Of a stretch of 64,000 nt of DNA, positions 48,948 through 58,611 are shown in pieces. This DNA is from Sedimentisphaerales bacterium (lineage in GTDB: Bacteria > Planctomycetota > Phycisphaerae > Sedimentisphaerales > Anaerobacaceae): positions 800,001 to 864,000 of the forward strand of contig OY970194.1 in the NCBI GenBank assembly GCA_963708075.1. Direction: 5' to 3'. The notes under the pieces were generated by a model. It worked only from the letters and a program-made list of their open reading frames with translations. It was not told where the DNA came from and made no database searches. The translations under genes and the position numbers were made by a program. Every line of letters begins with the position of its first letter. Within the stretch, counting starts at the first letter, position 1.

Positions 48948-50297
48948 TCAATCACTCCATAAAGCCGCCAACTGCTTGACGGTTTCATCGACAAGGACCT
49001 GGCCGCCCTTGGGCCCGACGACGTATTTGTCCGCGCTGTATCCGCCGCCTTTGACGGCTTTCTCTGTCGGCAGATAGCCGCAGCTCCCACAGGACAATTG
49101 GACCAGGAGGGTCAGAACCGCGGGACTGCGTGCCTTGATTCGCACGCCGTAGTCCAGGTACAGCTCGAACGGGTTCGTTGCTATGGCGATATCGCCGAGG
49201 CGCAGGACGTGGAATTCAATCGGGTCGATCGGATCGGTGGTGTAGAAAGGCATCACGGCAGGCTCCTGCGGCAGGCTGACCTTTGCGACCGTGTGCCTGA
49301 AGATCATGTTCGTCTGAATATCCTGCTTCGCGAGGGGCATTGTGCCTTCGACGGCATCCACGATCCGGCGGGCAATCTCCTGGCGGCTGGACAGCCCTCT
49401 TTTCTGCCGCATGAGCTCTTCCGCACGGGAGCGGTAGAGCAGATGCGGCGATACATCTCCCGCCGCCGCACATTGCGGCAGGATGAAAATGTCCCGTGAG
49501 AACCGCCGCCGGACCTCGGCTCGCACATCGTGCCAGAAGTCGGCAGAAATCTCACTCCGTCCCTCCGTCTCCTGGGCGGTGCAGGCGATGTTAATGATAA
49601 TCCCGACCGGCGCTTTGTCCTCATCCCAGAAGAAGAGCATCTCAACACCGTGATCCTCGTAACCTTCCGTGTTCGCGAAGTCCTCACGATTCGTGGCACC
49701 ATACATTATTGTCGAGCCATTGAAGTAGTGGGCCCGGCGATTCATGCCGACCACAGCGTGGCCGAGCGTCCAACTCATGCCGGAGGGCTTGCGATTGCGC
49801 CACGCATCCACGGCGACTTTGGCCACGCGACCGACGAAGAAATCTGCGTACTCAGATGCCTTCATGACACCTTCATCTTTGCTGACATCGTACAGGCTTC
49901 CGAAATCCTCGTCGGCAAACCCCGGGCCCGTATGCGTGTGCGTGGCGTTGAGGAACAGCTTCTCAACGTCAAGGTCGGGCAGTTGGGCCTTGACGGCCTG
50001 TCGAAGCCTGTCCTGAATCGGCTTGCGGACGTAGAGCAGGTCACAAGAAATGAGCAGGGCCTGCTCCCGTCGGCTGCTCTCTGCCTGCATTTCCAGGGCC
50101 AAAGCGGTGGCCGTCAGCGGATCTCGTACTTTCTGGGAGATCCGCTTATGCAACTGGCCGATCAGTGCCGCCGGCTTGTCCGGCGTGATATCCGTGGTTG
50201 CCCAGCCGGCGTACAGAACCGAGTCCTTCTGGTCCGGCGCAGCCTTGCACAGGAGCGGAAGGAGCAGGGCGGTGCAGGCTATGATGACCGATCTCAT
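48948..50297 (-). CDS. Secreted neutral-ceramidase-like hypothetical hydrolase
   Basis: GWATTDITP, NATHTHTGP, NPFELYLDYG and GYLPT. Confidence 0.8.
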   Translation of the reverse strand: MRSVIIACTALLLPLLCKAAPDQKDSVLYAGWATTDITPDKPAALIGQLHKRISQKVRDPLTATALALEMQAESSRREQALLISCDLLYVRKPIQDRLRQAVKAQLPDLDVEKLFLNATHTHTGPGFADEDFGSLYDVSKDEGVMKASEYADFFVGRVAKVAVDAWRNRKPSGMSWTLGHAVVGMNRRAHYFNGSTIMYGATNREDFANTEGYEDHGVEMLFFWDEDKAPVGIIINIACTAQETEGRSEISADFWHDVRAEVRRRFSRDIFILPQCAAAGDVSPHLLYRSRAEELMRQKRGLSSRQEIARRIVDAVEGTMPLAKQDIQTNMIFRHTVAKVSLPQEPAVMPFYTTDPIDPIEFHVLRLGDIAIATNPFELYLDYGVRIKARSPAVLTLLVQLSCGSCGYLPTEKAVKGGGYSADKYVVGPKGGQVLVDETVKQLAALWSD

Positions 50298-50324
50298 GCA
50301 TTTCTCCCCTGAGATAAAGAGCCG

Positions 50325-51653
50325 TTACAGATGCCAGGGGCTGCGCATCGGGCGTGACAGCATCCGGCTGGCCTGCGGGTCGTTCACGAAATCTTCCTTC
50401 TGCGGGTCCCACTGCAATTTACGACCCAGCCTTGTGCAGATGTCCGTCAGATGGCAGATCGTGTCCGTGCGAACGGCGACGTCGATGGGACAGATCGTCG
50501 CAGCTCGCGTCTTGACCGCATCAAGGAAGTTCCGCTGGTGGCCCTTGCTTTCCGGCAGGTGAATCTCATCCCGGCCGATCATCGAGGTCAGAAGCGATTG
50601 TGGTTCGGCCCAGATCCCCTGGCGCGTGACGTGCACCCATCCCTCTGTCCCCTGGAAGGTCACGCCATGCTTGGACTGGGCCTCATCCATGTAGACCATC
50701 GTCACGCCGTCAGCGTACCTGTGGTTGACCTTCCAACTGGTGGCGCAGTTGGCCAGTCCATCTTTCGGGAATACGGCGGTCCCTTCGATTTCCACCGGGC
50801 CGGTGTTGTCGGTGCCGTGACCCCATTGGGCGATATCCACGTGGTGTACGCCCCAGTAGCCGCCGATACCGCCGAGGCAGTAGTCGGAGATGTGGTACCA
50901 GATTGAGTAGCTTTCCTCCTTCGTCCACGGCCGGCAACGCTGGTAGGTGTACGGGGCCCACGGTGCCGGGCCGAGCCACATATCGTAGTCGAGACCCTCC
51001 GGCACCGGCTGCACGGGCTGATTCGGCACGGCGAAATCGTAGGGTACGGCCACGAGGATCGTATGCAGCTTTCCGAGCCGGCCGTTGCGAGCCAGCTCAC
51101 AGGCGAAACGGAAGTTCCGGTCTGAGCGCTGCTGTGTGCCCCACTGGAAGACGGTCCCATACTTGTGGCACGCGCCACGGAGGGCCTTGTCCCAGGCGAC
51201 GCTCAGGCCCAGAGCTTTCTCCGTGTACATGTCCTTGCCACTGCGGGCGGCCTCCAGGGAGATGGGGACGTGCCAGTGGTCCGGCGTGGCGATGCACACG
51301 GCGTCGATGTCCGTGCGCCCGCAGATGTCGCGGAAGTCGTTGTACGTGACGCAGTCGCTGTTGCTGTAGTGTTGATCGACGATGCCCTTGGCCTTCTGGC
51401 GTTGACTCTCGCGGACATCGCAGACGGCGACGATCCGGGCATCATTGTGATTGAGAAACGCCCGCATCAGGTCGGTCCCCTGAATCCCCAGGCCGATAGA
51501 GGCCATGACGATCCGCTCGCTCGGCGCGACACTTCCGGCCTTGCCCAGAGCTGACGATGGGACCACATATGGGAATGCGACAAATCCTGCGGCGGCGGCC
51601 GCACTCTTGAGAAACTGGCGACGCGTGCTTGCCATACCCTGTGACATATGCAT
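50325..51653 (-). CDS. Tat-exported Gfo/Idh/MocA oxidoreductase
   Basis: TRRQFLK, ATPDHWH, GKDMYTEK and WLGPAP. Confidence 0.92.
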   Translation of the reverse strand: MHMSQGMASTRRQFLKSAAAAAGFVAFPYVVPSSALGKAGSVAPSERIVMASIGLGIQGTDLMRAFLNHNDARIVAVCDVRESQRQKAKGIVDQHYSNSDCVTYNDFRDICGRTDIDAVCIATPDHWHVPISLEAARSGKDMYTEKALGLSVAWDKALRGACHKYGTVFQWGTQQRSDRNFRFACELARNGRLGKLHTILVAVPYDFAVPNQPVQPVPEGLDYDMWLGPAPWAPYTYQRCRPWTKEESYSIWYHISDYCLGGIGGYWGVHHVDIAQWGHGTDNTGPVEIEGTAVFPKDGLANCATSWKVNHRYADGVTMVYMDEAQSKHGVTFQGTEGWVHVTRQGIWAEPQSLLTSMIGRDEIHLPESKGHQRNFLDAVKTRAATICPIDVAVRTDTICHLTDICTRLGRKLQWDPQKEDFVNDPQASRMLSRPMRSPWHL

Positions 51654-51798
51654 GTCTCCTGATTGACTCTCAGCTCAACCATCACAGGATACCACACTGG
51701 ACGCCACAAGGCAAACATGCATGCCCAAACCGACGAATCTTGACCGGCGTGCCCAGCGCGGTATTATGATGCACGGATGTACAGGAAAGGATGTCCCG

Positions 51799-53724
51799 AT
51801 GCCTGCCTATCGATGTTATCGTGGGATCGCTTTGCTTGTCCTTGCTCTAGTGGTTGCTCGGCCGGTGACCGCCGTGGTCACTTGCGTTCGCGTGACGAGC
51901 GAGCACACGGCCGACACGACCGATCTGCAGCGGTTTCGGCAATTCGGCCAGTGGAAGGACAAGACCGGCAACGAGCTGGCCGTTGCGGTCTGGAAGTACC
52001 TGAGCGACTATGAAACCGGCCTGTACCACTTCAACGAGGTCCTCGACGGCAGCGATTCGTTCGATGAGTATGCCACCGTTCGCGATCCGCTGAAGATCCT
52101 CAACGTCTACAACATGGCTTATTGCGGGATCTTCGGCCCCGTCCTGGACGGCATATTCCACGGCGTGGGCTTTGAGCAGGGCCGGGCATTCGGACTGGAG
52201 CGATGGAATCATTGTGCGACTGAAGTGTGGTACGACGGTGGTTGGCACTACCTCGACGTGGATGTTCGCGGCGTACTGCTTGGCAGCGATGGGACTGTCG
52301 CCAGCCTGCAGCAGGCCCAGCAGGACCGGAATCTATGGGTGGCGCCGGCGAAACCCATTGACCCCTTTTTTCCGAAGGACGAGGACAAGGCCAAGCTTTT
52401 CGACATCTATCATGATAGCCATGTGGATTACTACTACCGCTGGTTCCAGGGTAGCCACACGATGGACTTTTATCTGCGCCAGGGCGAGTCGTTCACCCGC
52501 TGGTGGACGCCGCAGGGCGGACGCTGGCATCATCTGCCTCGCTACAGTCAGACGAAGTGGGTGCGGGAGCTGATCTCGACCCCGCCCATTGGAATGAAGC
52601 CAAATCATCGTGACTTCACTCGCTGGAATCACGGGAACGGGCTATTCCACTATGCCCCCAGGCTGTCGCGCAACTCGACTGATTTCCAGGATGGGGCTTA
52701 CGCTGTGCGGAATCTGGCTCCGGGGGAAGGGGGACTGCATCTTATCAAGGCGGGCGATGCGGAGGTCGTGTTTGAGGTCTTCACACCCTATATTATCGTG
52801 GCAAAGATCAATGACCTCGACGATCCCAACGATGATGCCGAGGCTTCGGTCGTAACGGTAGATGCGGCTGTGCCTCTTGATCTCTCGCTGTCGCTGGATC
52901 ACGGTTTGACGTGGCAGCAGGGAGGTAAGGTCCAAGGTGGCAGGAATGTGGTCGATTTGACTCGACTGGTCAGAGGGACCTACGGCTACCTCCTGAGATT
53001 ATCTGCGGCTGGGAGCGAGGGACAAGCAGCGGTCAATTCCCTGTGCATTGACACGTGGGTGCAGGTCGCGCCGATCAGCCTTCCCCGTTTGAAGAAGGGC
53101 GAGAACCACCTGCGATGTGACGTCGGGGATCGGTATGGCTTGAAGACTATTCCCATGCTGGTGAACCCGGATACCTCGAATCCCAGGGACTTGGAGAAGT
53201 ACCTTGTGGCAATGCCCGGCGATTATGACCCCCGGCGGGACACGTGCCGCATACGAGGCGAGGCGATTCTGCGTCTTACAGCTCCTGCCGGGCTGAAGAT
53301 TGGCTGGCTCAGCGTCGGTGCAACGTTCCGCACGGACCAGGGCGAGCAGGCCGCCAAGACGAACAACCGCATCGCCTACGCTATCGGCGAGCCGCGGGAC
53401 TTCAAGGAGGTTTACCGTTCCTCGGTGCCGACTTGGGTGAACCACTGGCGATACAACTGGGACACGGACATAAGACTGGATCAGCCTGCGGAGGTGGTCT
53501 ACGTGCGGTTCTACGGCGATCCTGGACTGAATACCATGCGGGCGTGTCTTCACCTGCTGCCGAAAGAGCCCCCGACCACACGTTTACAGGTCACACACGA
53601 ATATTCGATGGATGGACGGGCTTATCGCAGCACACAAGACCTGGCCGAACCGGCGGCCTACACGGTCAACTGTGACGGCGATCCGGAGAACATCTCCATT
53701 ACGATTGCCGTTCCCTCGAACTGA
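51799..53724 (+). CDS. Secreted protein with transglutaminase-like (Cys-His-Asp) domain
   Basis: Signal peptide and AYCG...HCATEVWYDGGWHYLDVD. A possible TTGACC-N16-TATTAT promoter lies at 51740-51767. Confidence 0.72.
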   Translation: MPAYRCYRGIALLVLALVVARPVTAVVTCVRVTSEHTADTTDLQRFRQFGQWKDKTGNELAVAVWKYLSDYETGLYHFNEVLDGSDSFDEYATVRDPLKILNVYNMAYCGIFGPVLDGIFHGVGFEQGRAFGLERWNHCATEVWYDGGWHYLDVDVRGVLLGSDGTVASLQQAQQDRNLWVAPAKPIDPFFPKDEDKAKLFDIYHDSHVDYYYRWFQGSHTMDFYLRQGESFTRWWTPQGGRWHHLPRYSQTKWVRELISTPPIGMKPNHRDFTRWNHGNGLFHYAPRLSRNSTDFQDGAYAVRNLAPGEGGLHLIKAGDAEVVFEVFTPYIIVAKINDLDDPNDDAEASVVTVDAAVPLDLSLSLDHGLTWQQGGKVQGGRNVVDLTRLVRGTYGYLLRLSAAGSEGQAAVNSLCIDTWVQVAPISLPRLKKGENHLRCDVGDRYGLKTIPMLVNPDTSNPRDLEKYLVAMPGDYDPRRDTCRIRGEAILRLTAPAGLKIGWLSVGATFRTDQGEQAAKTNNRIAYAIGEPRDFKEVYRSSVPTWVNHWRYNWDTDIRLDQPAEVVYVRFYGDPGLNTMRACLHLLPKEPPTTRLQVTHEYSMDGRAYRSTQDLAEPAAYTVNCDGDPENISITIAVPSN

Positions 53725-53731
53725 CGACCGG

Positions 53732-54376
53732 TCACTGGGCGGAATTTGCAGCAGCCACGGGAGCCTGTTCCTCTGCCTCCGGGGCCTTCGTGGGACCATT
53801 CCATACCCGCAGCTCAGTGATCTCGACCTCGGCGTGCAGACCCTCGGCGGAGTCATCGCCGGACATGCAGGGCTTGATGAAGTACCTGTGAGAACCGGGC
53901 ATGATCGGTCCGCGCAATCCGCCATCTGTCGCCACCGGCGTTGCCGCCCATTCCTGCGTTTCGCACACAAGCTGCCCATTCTCATCGAGGAGGATGATGC
54001 GGAGCGAAAGCAGGGACACGACTTCCTGACCATTGTTGGTAATTTCAATTGCCGTGCGGGTCAGCCCATGCCGCCCCGGCTGCGGCGACACCTTCGTCGT
54101 GATCGCCAGCTTGCCGGCGTAGTCCGGCTGGCGATGATCGTCCAGCATATCCGACAGCACCGGCGGCAAGGACTCTGCCAGGTCCGGCAGTCCCCGGACG
54201 GCGCTCTGCGCCAGTGTCACGAGCCGCTCCGACTTCTCGCCCGCCAGGTGCACGGTGTACAGCAGCACTGCTGTGCAGCACAGGGTGATCGTGATGATCA
54301 CCGCACTGAATCCCATGGCGACGCTCGACAGAAACGTGTGTTTCCGGTACGTGATGTGTGGAACCTGGCCCGTCAT
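53732..54376 (-). CDS. Membrane-anchored hypothetical protein
   Basis: AGGAG RBS; MTGQVPHITYRKHT, one TM helix and a C-terminal beta domain. The 694-aa track ORF is an antisense extension. Confidence 0.7.
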   Translation of the reverse strand: MTGQVPHITYRKHTFLSSVAMGFSAVIITITLCCTAVLLYTVHLAGEKSERLVTLAQSAVRGLPDLAESLPPVLSDMLDDHRQPDYAGKLAITTKVSPQPGRHGLTRTAIEITNNGQEVVSLLSLRIILLDENGQLVCETQEWAATPVATDGGLRGPIMPGSHRYFIKPCMSGDDSAEGLHAEVEITELRVWNGPTKAPEAEEQAPVAAANSAQ

Positions 54377-54673
54377 AAGAACTCTCCTGAAAGCAGTTGT
54401 CCAATCCAGGGTTTCAGTCGGGTCAGACCCGCAAATATTTCCGGGAATCTGCGTATTTCTCCGGCAGGGGGTGGCAGCGTCAAGCGCAGCTTGGCGATGG
54501 CCTTGCTGCGATGCAACCATCGCCAAGGCCTCCGGCCTTGACGATGCCACCCAGATGAGTCCGGGTTTGGCTTGCATCATAGGGGTGTCGCCGCCATAAT
54601 GGGCACGTTTGCAGTGCGGCCTTGGGCCGGACTGTATGGTCACGACCTGTTCAGAGAAGGAAAGGGGTGCCTG

Positions 54674-56023
54674 ATGAACCTGCCAAATGATATTCAACAG
54701 TATTCCACTTCCCGTCGGGATTTCCTCAAGCAGACCTCCGGCGCATTGGCCGGGGCTGCATTGGCTGGCGCGATCAGCACGCGGGCCTATGCCGGTGAGC
54801 AGAACACGATCAAGATCGCCCTGGTCGGCTGCGGCGGACGCGGTACAGGCGCGGCGGACAACGCGCTGTCCACGAAGGGGCCGGTGCAGTTGGTGGCCAT
54901 GGCCGATGCCTTCAACGACCGGTTGCAGGCGAGCCTCAGTAATCTGGCTGGGAAGTTCTCCAAGCAGGTGGATGTGCCCAAGGATCGGCAGTTCGTCGGG
55001 CTCGAAGGCTTCACAAAGGCGATTGACTGCGTTGCCCCGGGCGGGGTGGTTCTGCTGGCGACCCCGCCGGCGTTCCGGCCGATCCATGTGGAGCACGCCG
55101 TAGCCAAGGGTTGCCACGTGTTCATGGAGAAGGCGTTCGCCGTGGATGCCCCGGGCGTGCGGCGGATTCTCAAGGCGGGCAAGGAGGCCGAGGCGAAGAA
55201 TCTCAAGATCGCCGGGGGCCTGATGAGCCGGCATTCCCAGCCGCTCCAGGAGGCAATCGAGCAGATCCACAAGGGTGCCATCGGTGACGTGATCACCTCT
55301 TGGGCGTACCGCGAGCACGGGGCCGTGCCGTTCTCCGACAGACGCCAGGGTGAAAGCGAGCTGGCCCACCAGATTCGTAACTTCCATTGCTTCACCTGGG
55401 CCAACGGGAGCTTCCTTCTGGACTGGCTCATCCATAACCTCGACGTATGCTGCTGGGTGACGGATGCCTGGCCGGTTTCGGCGCAGGGGCAGGGCGGGCG
55501 GCAGGTCCGCACGAACCCGGACCAACTGTTCGACCACTATGCCGTCGAGTACCATTTCCCGAACGGGACACGCCTGTTTGCACAGGGGCGACATATCGAG
55601 AATTGCTGGGGCTTCTTCGGCGACGTCATCCATGGCGCGAAGGGCTCGGCCGTGCTCGGCGAAGGCATCAGCGAGCCCCGCCTGTTCAAAGGGCACAACC
55701 AGACACCCGAGAACGTCATTTGGCGATATAAGGGACCGCCTTGTAACCAGTATCAGGTCGAGCACGATCTGCTGTTCCAGGCGATTCGCGAGAACAAGCC
55801 TTATAACGAGGCGCAACGTTCGGCGTACGCCGCGATGGCCGGCATTCTCGGCCGGATGGCGGCCGAGTCGGGCCAGATGATCACCTGGGAGCAGGCGATG
55901 GCGTCGAACGTGGAGTTGGCCCCCGGCCTGGAGCGCTACACGATCAATTCGAACCCGCCGGTCATGCCGGACGCCAACGGCAACTACCCGGTGGCAATGC
56001 CCGGGTCAACCAAAGTCCTTTAG
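54674..56023 (+). CDS. Tat-exported Gfo/Idh/MocA oxidoreductase
   Basis: SRRDFLK, LVGCGGRGTGA, ATPPAFRPIH and HVFMEK. Confidence 0.92.
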   Translation: MNLPNDIQQYSTSRRDFLKQTSGALAGAALAGAISTRAYAGEQNTIKIALVGCGGRGTGAADNALSTKGPVQLVAMADAFNDRLQASLSNLAGKFSKQVDVPKDRQFVGLEGFTKAIDCVAPGGVVLLATPPAFRPIHVEHAVAKGCHVFMEKAFAVDAPGVRRILKAGKEAEAKNLKIAGGLMSRHSQPLQEAIEQIHKGAIGDVITSWAYREHGAVPFSDRRQGESELAHQIRNFHCFTWANGSFLLDWLIHNLDVCCWVTDAWPVSAQGQGGRQVRTNPDQLFDHYAVEYHFPNGTRLFAQGRHIENCWGFFGDVIHGAKGSAVLGEGISEPRLFKGHNQTPENVIWRYKGPPCNQYQVEHDLLFQAIRENKPYNEAQRSAYAAMAGILGRMAAESGQMITWEQAMASNVELAPGLERYTINSNPPVMPDANGNYPVAMPGSTKVL

Positions 56024-56335
56024 ACTGCGGCACGAGTACCAGGCGTCACCGGGGATGGTCTATCCCTGTGACCATGCCGGCCCAAACTACGTCCGCTAAA
56101 ATCGCTGACTCCTCGCACCTGGAGCGAAAATGCACGTACTATATTCAGAAAAAGACAGCGACCCGTCGGGCTGTGGAAAGAACAGATATTCCGACGTGGG
56201 AATCGCGACATAAGCTTCAACACCTTTACTTTCTTTCACAACCCCCCGGCATACCCACCCAGTGGCCGGGGAGTGTAAGCAAGAAAGTAGACGGCTTCTC
56301 GCGAGTTGGGGAAGCGTCGTTGTGCCCGCCGGCTG

Positions 56336-57619
56336 TCACGCCGGTTGACCGGGCAGGGGGATGACGTTCTCCTGCGGGATTTCCACCGTGCCTTTCTCGA
56401 AGTCCTCGGCCGTCGGCTTGAGCGTCAGGTTGTAGAACTTGGGGTTCAGGTTCGGGTCTTCCATGATCTCTTTCCAGGAAACCTGCTGGCCGGTATAGGC
56501 GGAGATGCGGCCCATCACGGCCGTGGCGCTGGACTCGGCGACCGCCTTCGCCTGGTTCACCGGTTTGCCCTTGTTCACGTAGTACAGGGTATTGATCTGC
56601 TCCTGATGATGGCTGCTCGGCCCCTGCGGCAGATCGGCCGGGATCGGCGATTGCCGGCAGTCCGGGTGATCGCTGCCGTTGGTGTGGCCCTTCTCATAGA
56701 CGAAGTCATGCCCGGTCCAGTTCCAGCAGCCGTTGATCTGCCGGCACATGGAATGGATGTGCACGCCGTCGCCATAGTCGTAGTCCACGCTGAAGAAGTC
56801 GTACATGTCGCCCGCATTGCGCCGGCCCCGGCCGCCGAATCCCACGGCACTGATCGGCGGGCCCCCACAGTACCAATTGGCGACATCAATATTGTGGACA
56901 TGCTGCTCGACGAGATGATCGCCCGAGAGCGAGATCCAGTTTTGCCACGTCCGCACGAGGTCGTCCGGCGTCTTCGGGTTGATAGGGTGGGTCCAGAACA
57001 TGCTGGCGATGCAGAAGGAGACCCGGCCTGCGTAGAGCCTGCCGAGTGCCTTCTCGACCGCCACGGCCTGGTGGGTCTTGATGAAGTTCCAGTCATGGCG
57101 CATCTCTGTGCCGGCGACGATCACCAGACCCTTCTTCTCCGCTTCCGCTCCGGCGGCGATCACGCGCCGGCACCCCGGCGGATCGACTGCCACGGGCTTC
57201 TCGATGAATACGTTCTTGCCTGCCTTGACTGCCGCCTCCAGATGCAATGGCCGGAAGATCGGAGCCTGCGCCATCAGAACCGTCTGGACATCGGTTGCGA
57301 GCAGGTCGTGATAGCTCGCCGGGCCGTCGAAGCAGCGTTCCGGTGGGACGTTCAGGTCCTTTCCCGCCTGCAGGGCCCGCTCCTTGAAATAGTCGGAGAC
57401 CGCCACAAATTGGACGTTGAAGCCGAGAATCTTGCCCGCCTCCAGCGCATCGGCAGCCGCCCCGCGGCCCCGCCCGCCACAGCCGATCAGTCCCAGCTTG
57501 AACGTCCTGCCCTGCCCCTTGGCCGTCGTGCCAAGGATCAACGGCGCCCCGAGCGCTACACCCGTCCCCAACGTTCTCTGCATGAAATTTCGTCGCGACA
57601 ACCTGGCTGATTTCTCCAT
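56336..57619 (-). CDS. Tat-exported Gfo/Idh/MocA oxidoreductase
   Basis: SRRNFM, LIGCGGRGRGA, VFIEKPVAVD and GDHLVEQHVHNID. Confidence 0.92.
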   Translation of the reverse strand: MEKSARLSRRNFMQRTLGTGVALGAPLILGTTAKGQGRTFKLGLIGCGGRGRGAAADALEAGKILGFNVQFVAVSDYFKERALQAGKDLNVPPERCFDGPASYHDLLATDVQTVLMAQAPIFRPLHLEAAVKAGKNVFIEKPVAVDPPGCRRVIAAGAEAEKKGLVIVAGTEMRHDWNFIKTHQAVAVEKALGRLYAGRVSFCIASMFWTHPINPKTPDDLVRTWQNWISLSGDHLVEQHVHNIDVANWYCGGPPISAVGFGGRGRRNAGDMYDFFSVDYDYGDGVHIHSMCRQINGCWNWTGHDFVYEKGHTNGSDHPDCRQSPIPADLPQGPSSHHQEQINTLYYVNKGKPVNQAKAVAESSATAVMGRISAYTGQQVSWKEIMEDPNLNPKFYNLTLKPTAEDFEKGTVEIPQENVIPLPGQPA

Positions 57620-58007
57620 GAGACCGCTCCTTAGAAACTCTTTTGACCTCGGGGTCCCTGCAACAACACTGATCGATGGCGATAGGCAACGGTGTCCGCC
57701 CGCCGCCCGTGACTCTCGTCCCCCGATTGTAATCTCGTGACTGCTCCATTCAAGTGCAATTGTCCGCAATGACCGGAAGGTGTCGGTGCAGGTTTTGGGG
57801 CATTGTGCCGGGTGGCAGCGGCAAGCGCCGGCTTGCCGATGGCTCCTCAGATCCATAGCACCATCGGCAAGCTCCGCAGACTCCGCTTGCCGCTGCCACC
57901 CGGCCTCCGTGATTGAGCAGAATCCTCATTGGCGTTTCGTCCGGAGCGGCTACACTGAGCCGTGGTTCGGCAATCTATGAATGCATGGCGACGGAAAGGA
58001 GTGAGCT

Positions 58008-58592
58008 ATGAACGACATTGTCAAGATCCTGGGATTCGCGGGCAGCCTGCGAAAGGGCTCATACAACAAGGCCATTCTGCGTGCCGCCCTGGAGCTTGTG
58101 CCCGAGGATGCCGAGTTGGAGACGTTCGACCTCGAAGGAATTCCTCCGTTCAACCAGGACCTGGACACGGCCCCTCCCGCGAAAGTGAAGGAGTTCAAAT
58201 CCGGCATCCGGGCCGCGGATGCCATTCTCATTGCCACGCCCGAGTACAACTACTCCATCCCCGGCGTTCTGAAGAACGCGATCGACTGGGCGAGCCGGCC
58301 GTATGCGGAGAATGTCTTCGACGGCAAACCGCTGGGCATTATGGGGGCCTCCCCCGGCATGATCGGGACGGCCAGAGCCCAGTACGACCTGCGCCGGGCG
58401 TGCGTCTTCCTGAACATGTATCCGGTGAACCGGCCGGAGGTGATGGTCTCGTACTGCGAGGACAAAATCGACCAGTCCGGCAGAGTGACCGACGGACACA
58501 CTCGCGACAAGATCAGACAATTGCTCCAGGCGCTGGTCACATGGACGCGGCGACTCCGTGCCGCCGAGTACGCGGAACAGGCAACCTACTGA
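58008..58592 (+). CDS. NADPH-dependent FMN reductase (ChrR/YieF-like)
   Basis: GSLRKGSYN and TPEYNYSIPGVLKNAIDWASR. Confidence 0.93.
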   Translation: MNDIVKILGFAGSLRKGSYNKAILRAALELVPEDAELETFDLEGIPPFNQDLDTAPPAKVKEFKSGIRAADAILIATPEYNYSIPGVLKNAIDWASRPYAENVFDGKPLGIMGASPGMIGTARAQYDLRRACVFLNMYPVNRPEVMVSYCEDKIDQSGRVTDGHTRDKIRQLLQALVTWTRRLRAAEYAEQATY

Positions 58593-58611
58593 GAGTCCAC
58601 GTCGCCGCGCA

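Noticed and set aside
54377..55816. Upstream 480 codons of the 694-aa minus-strand ORF
   Set aside because: Antisense shadow of the + strand Gfo/Idh/MocA gene. An RBS and ATG are at 54376.
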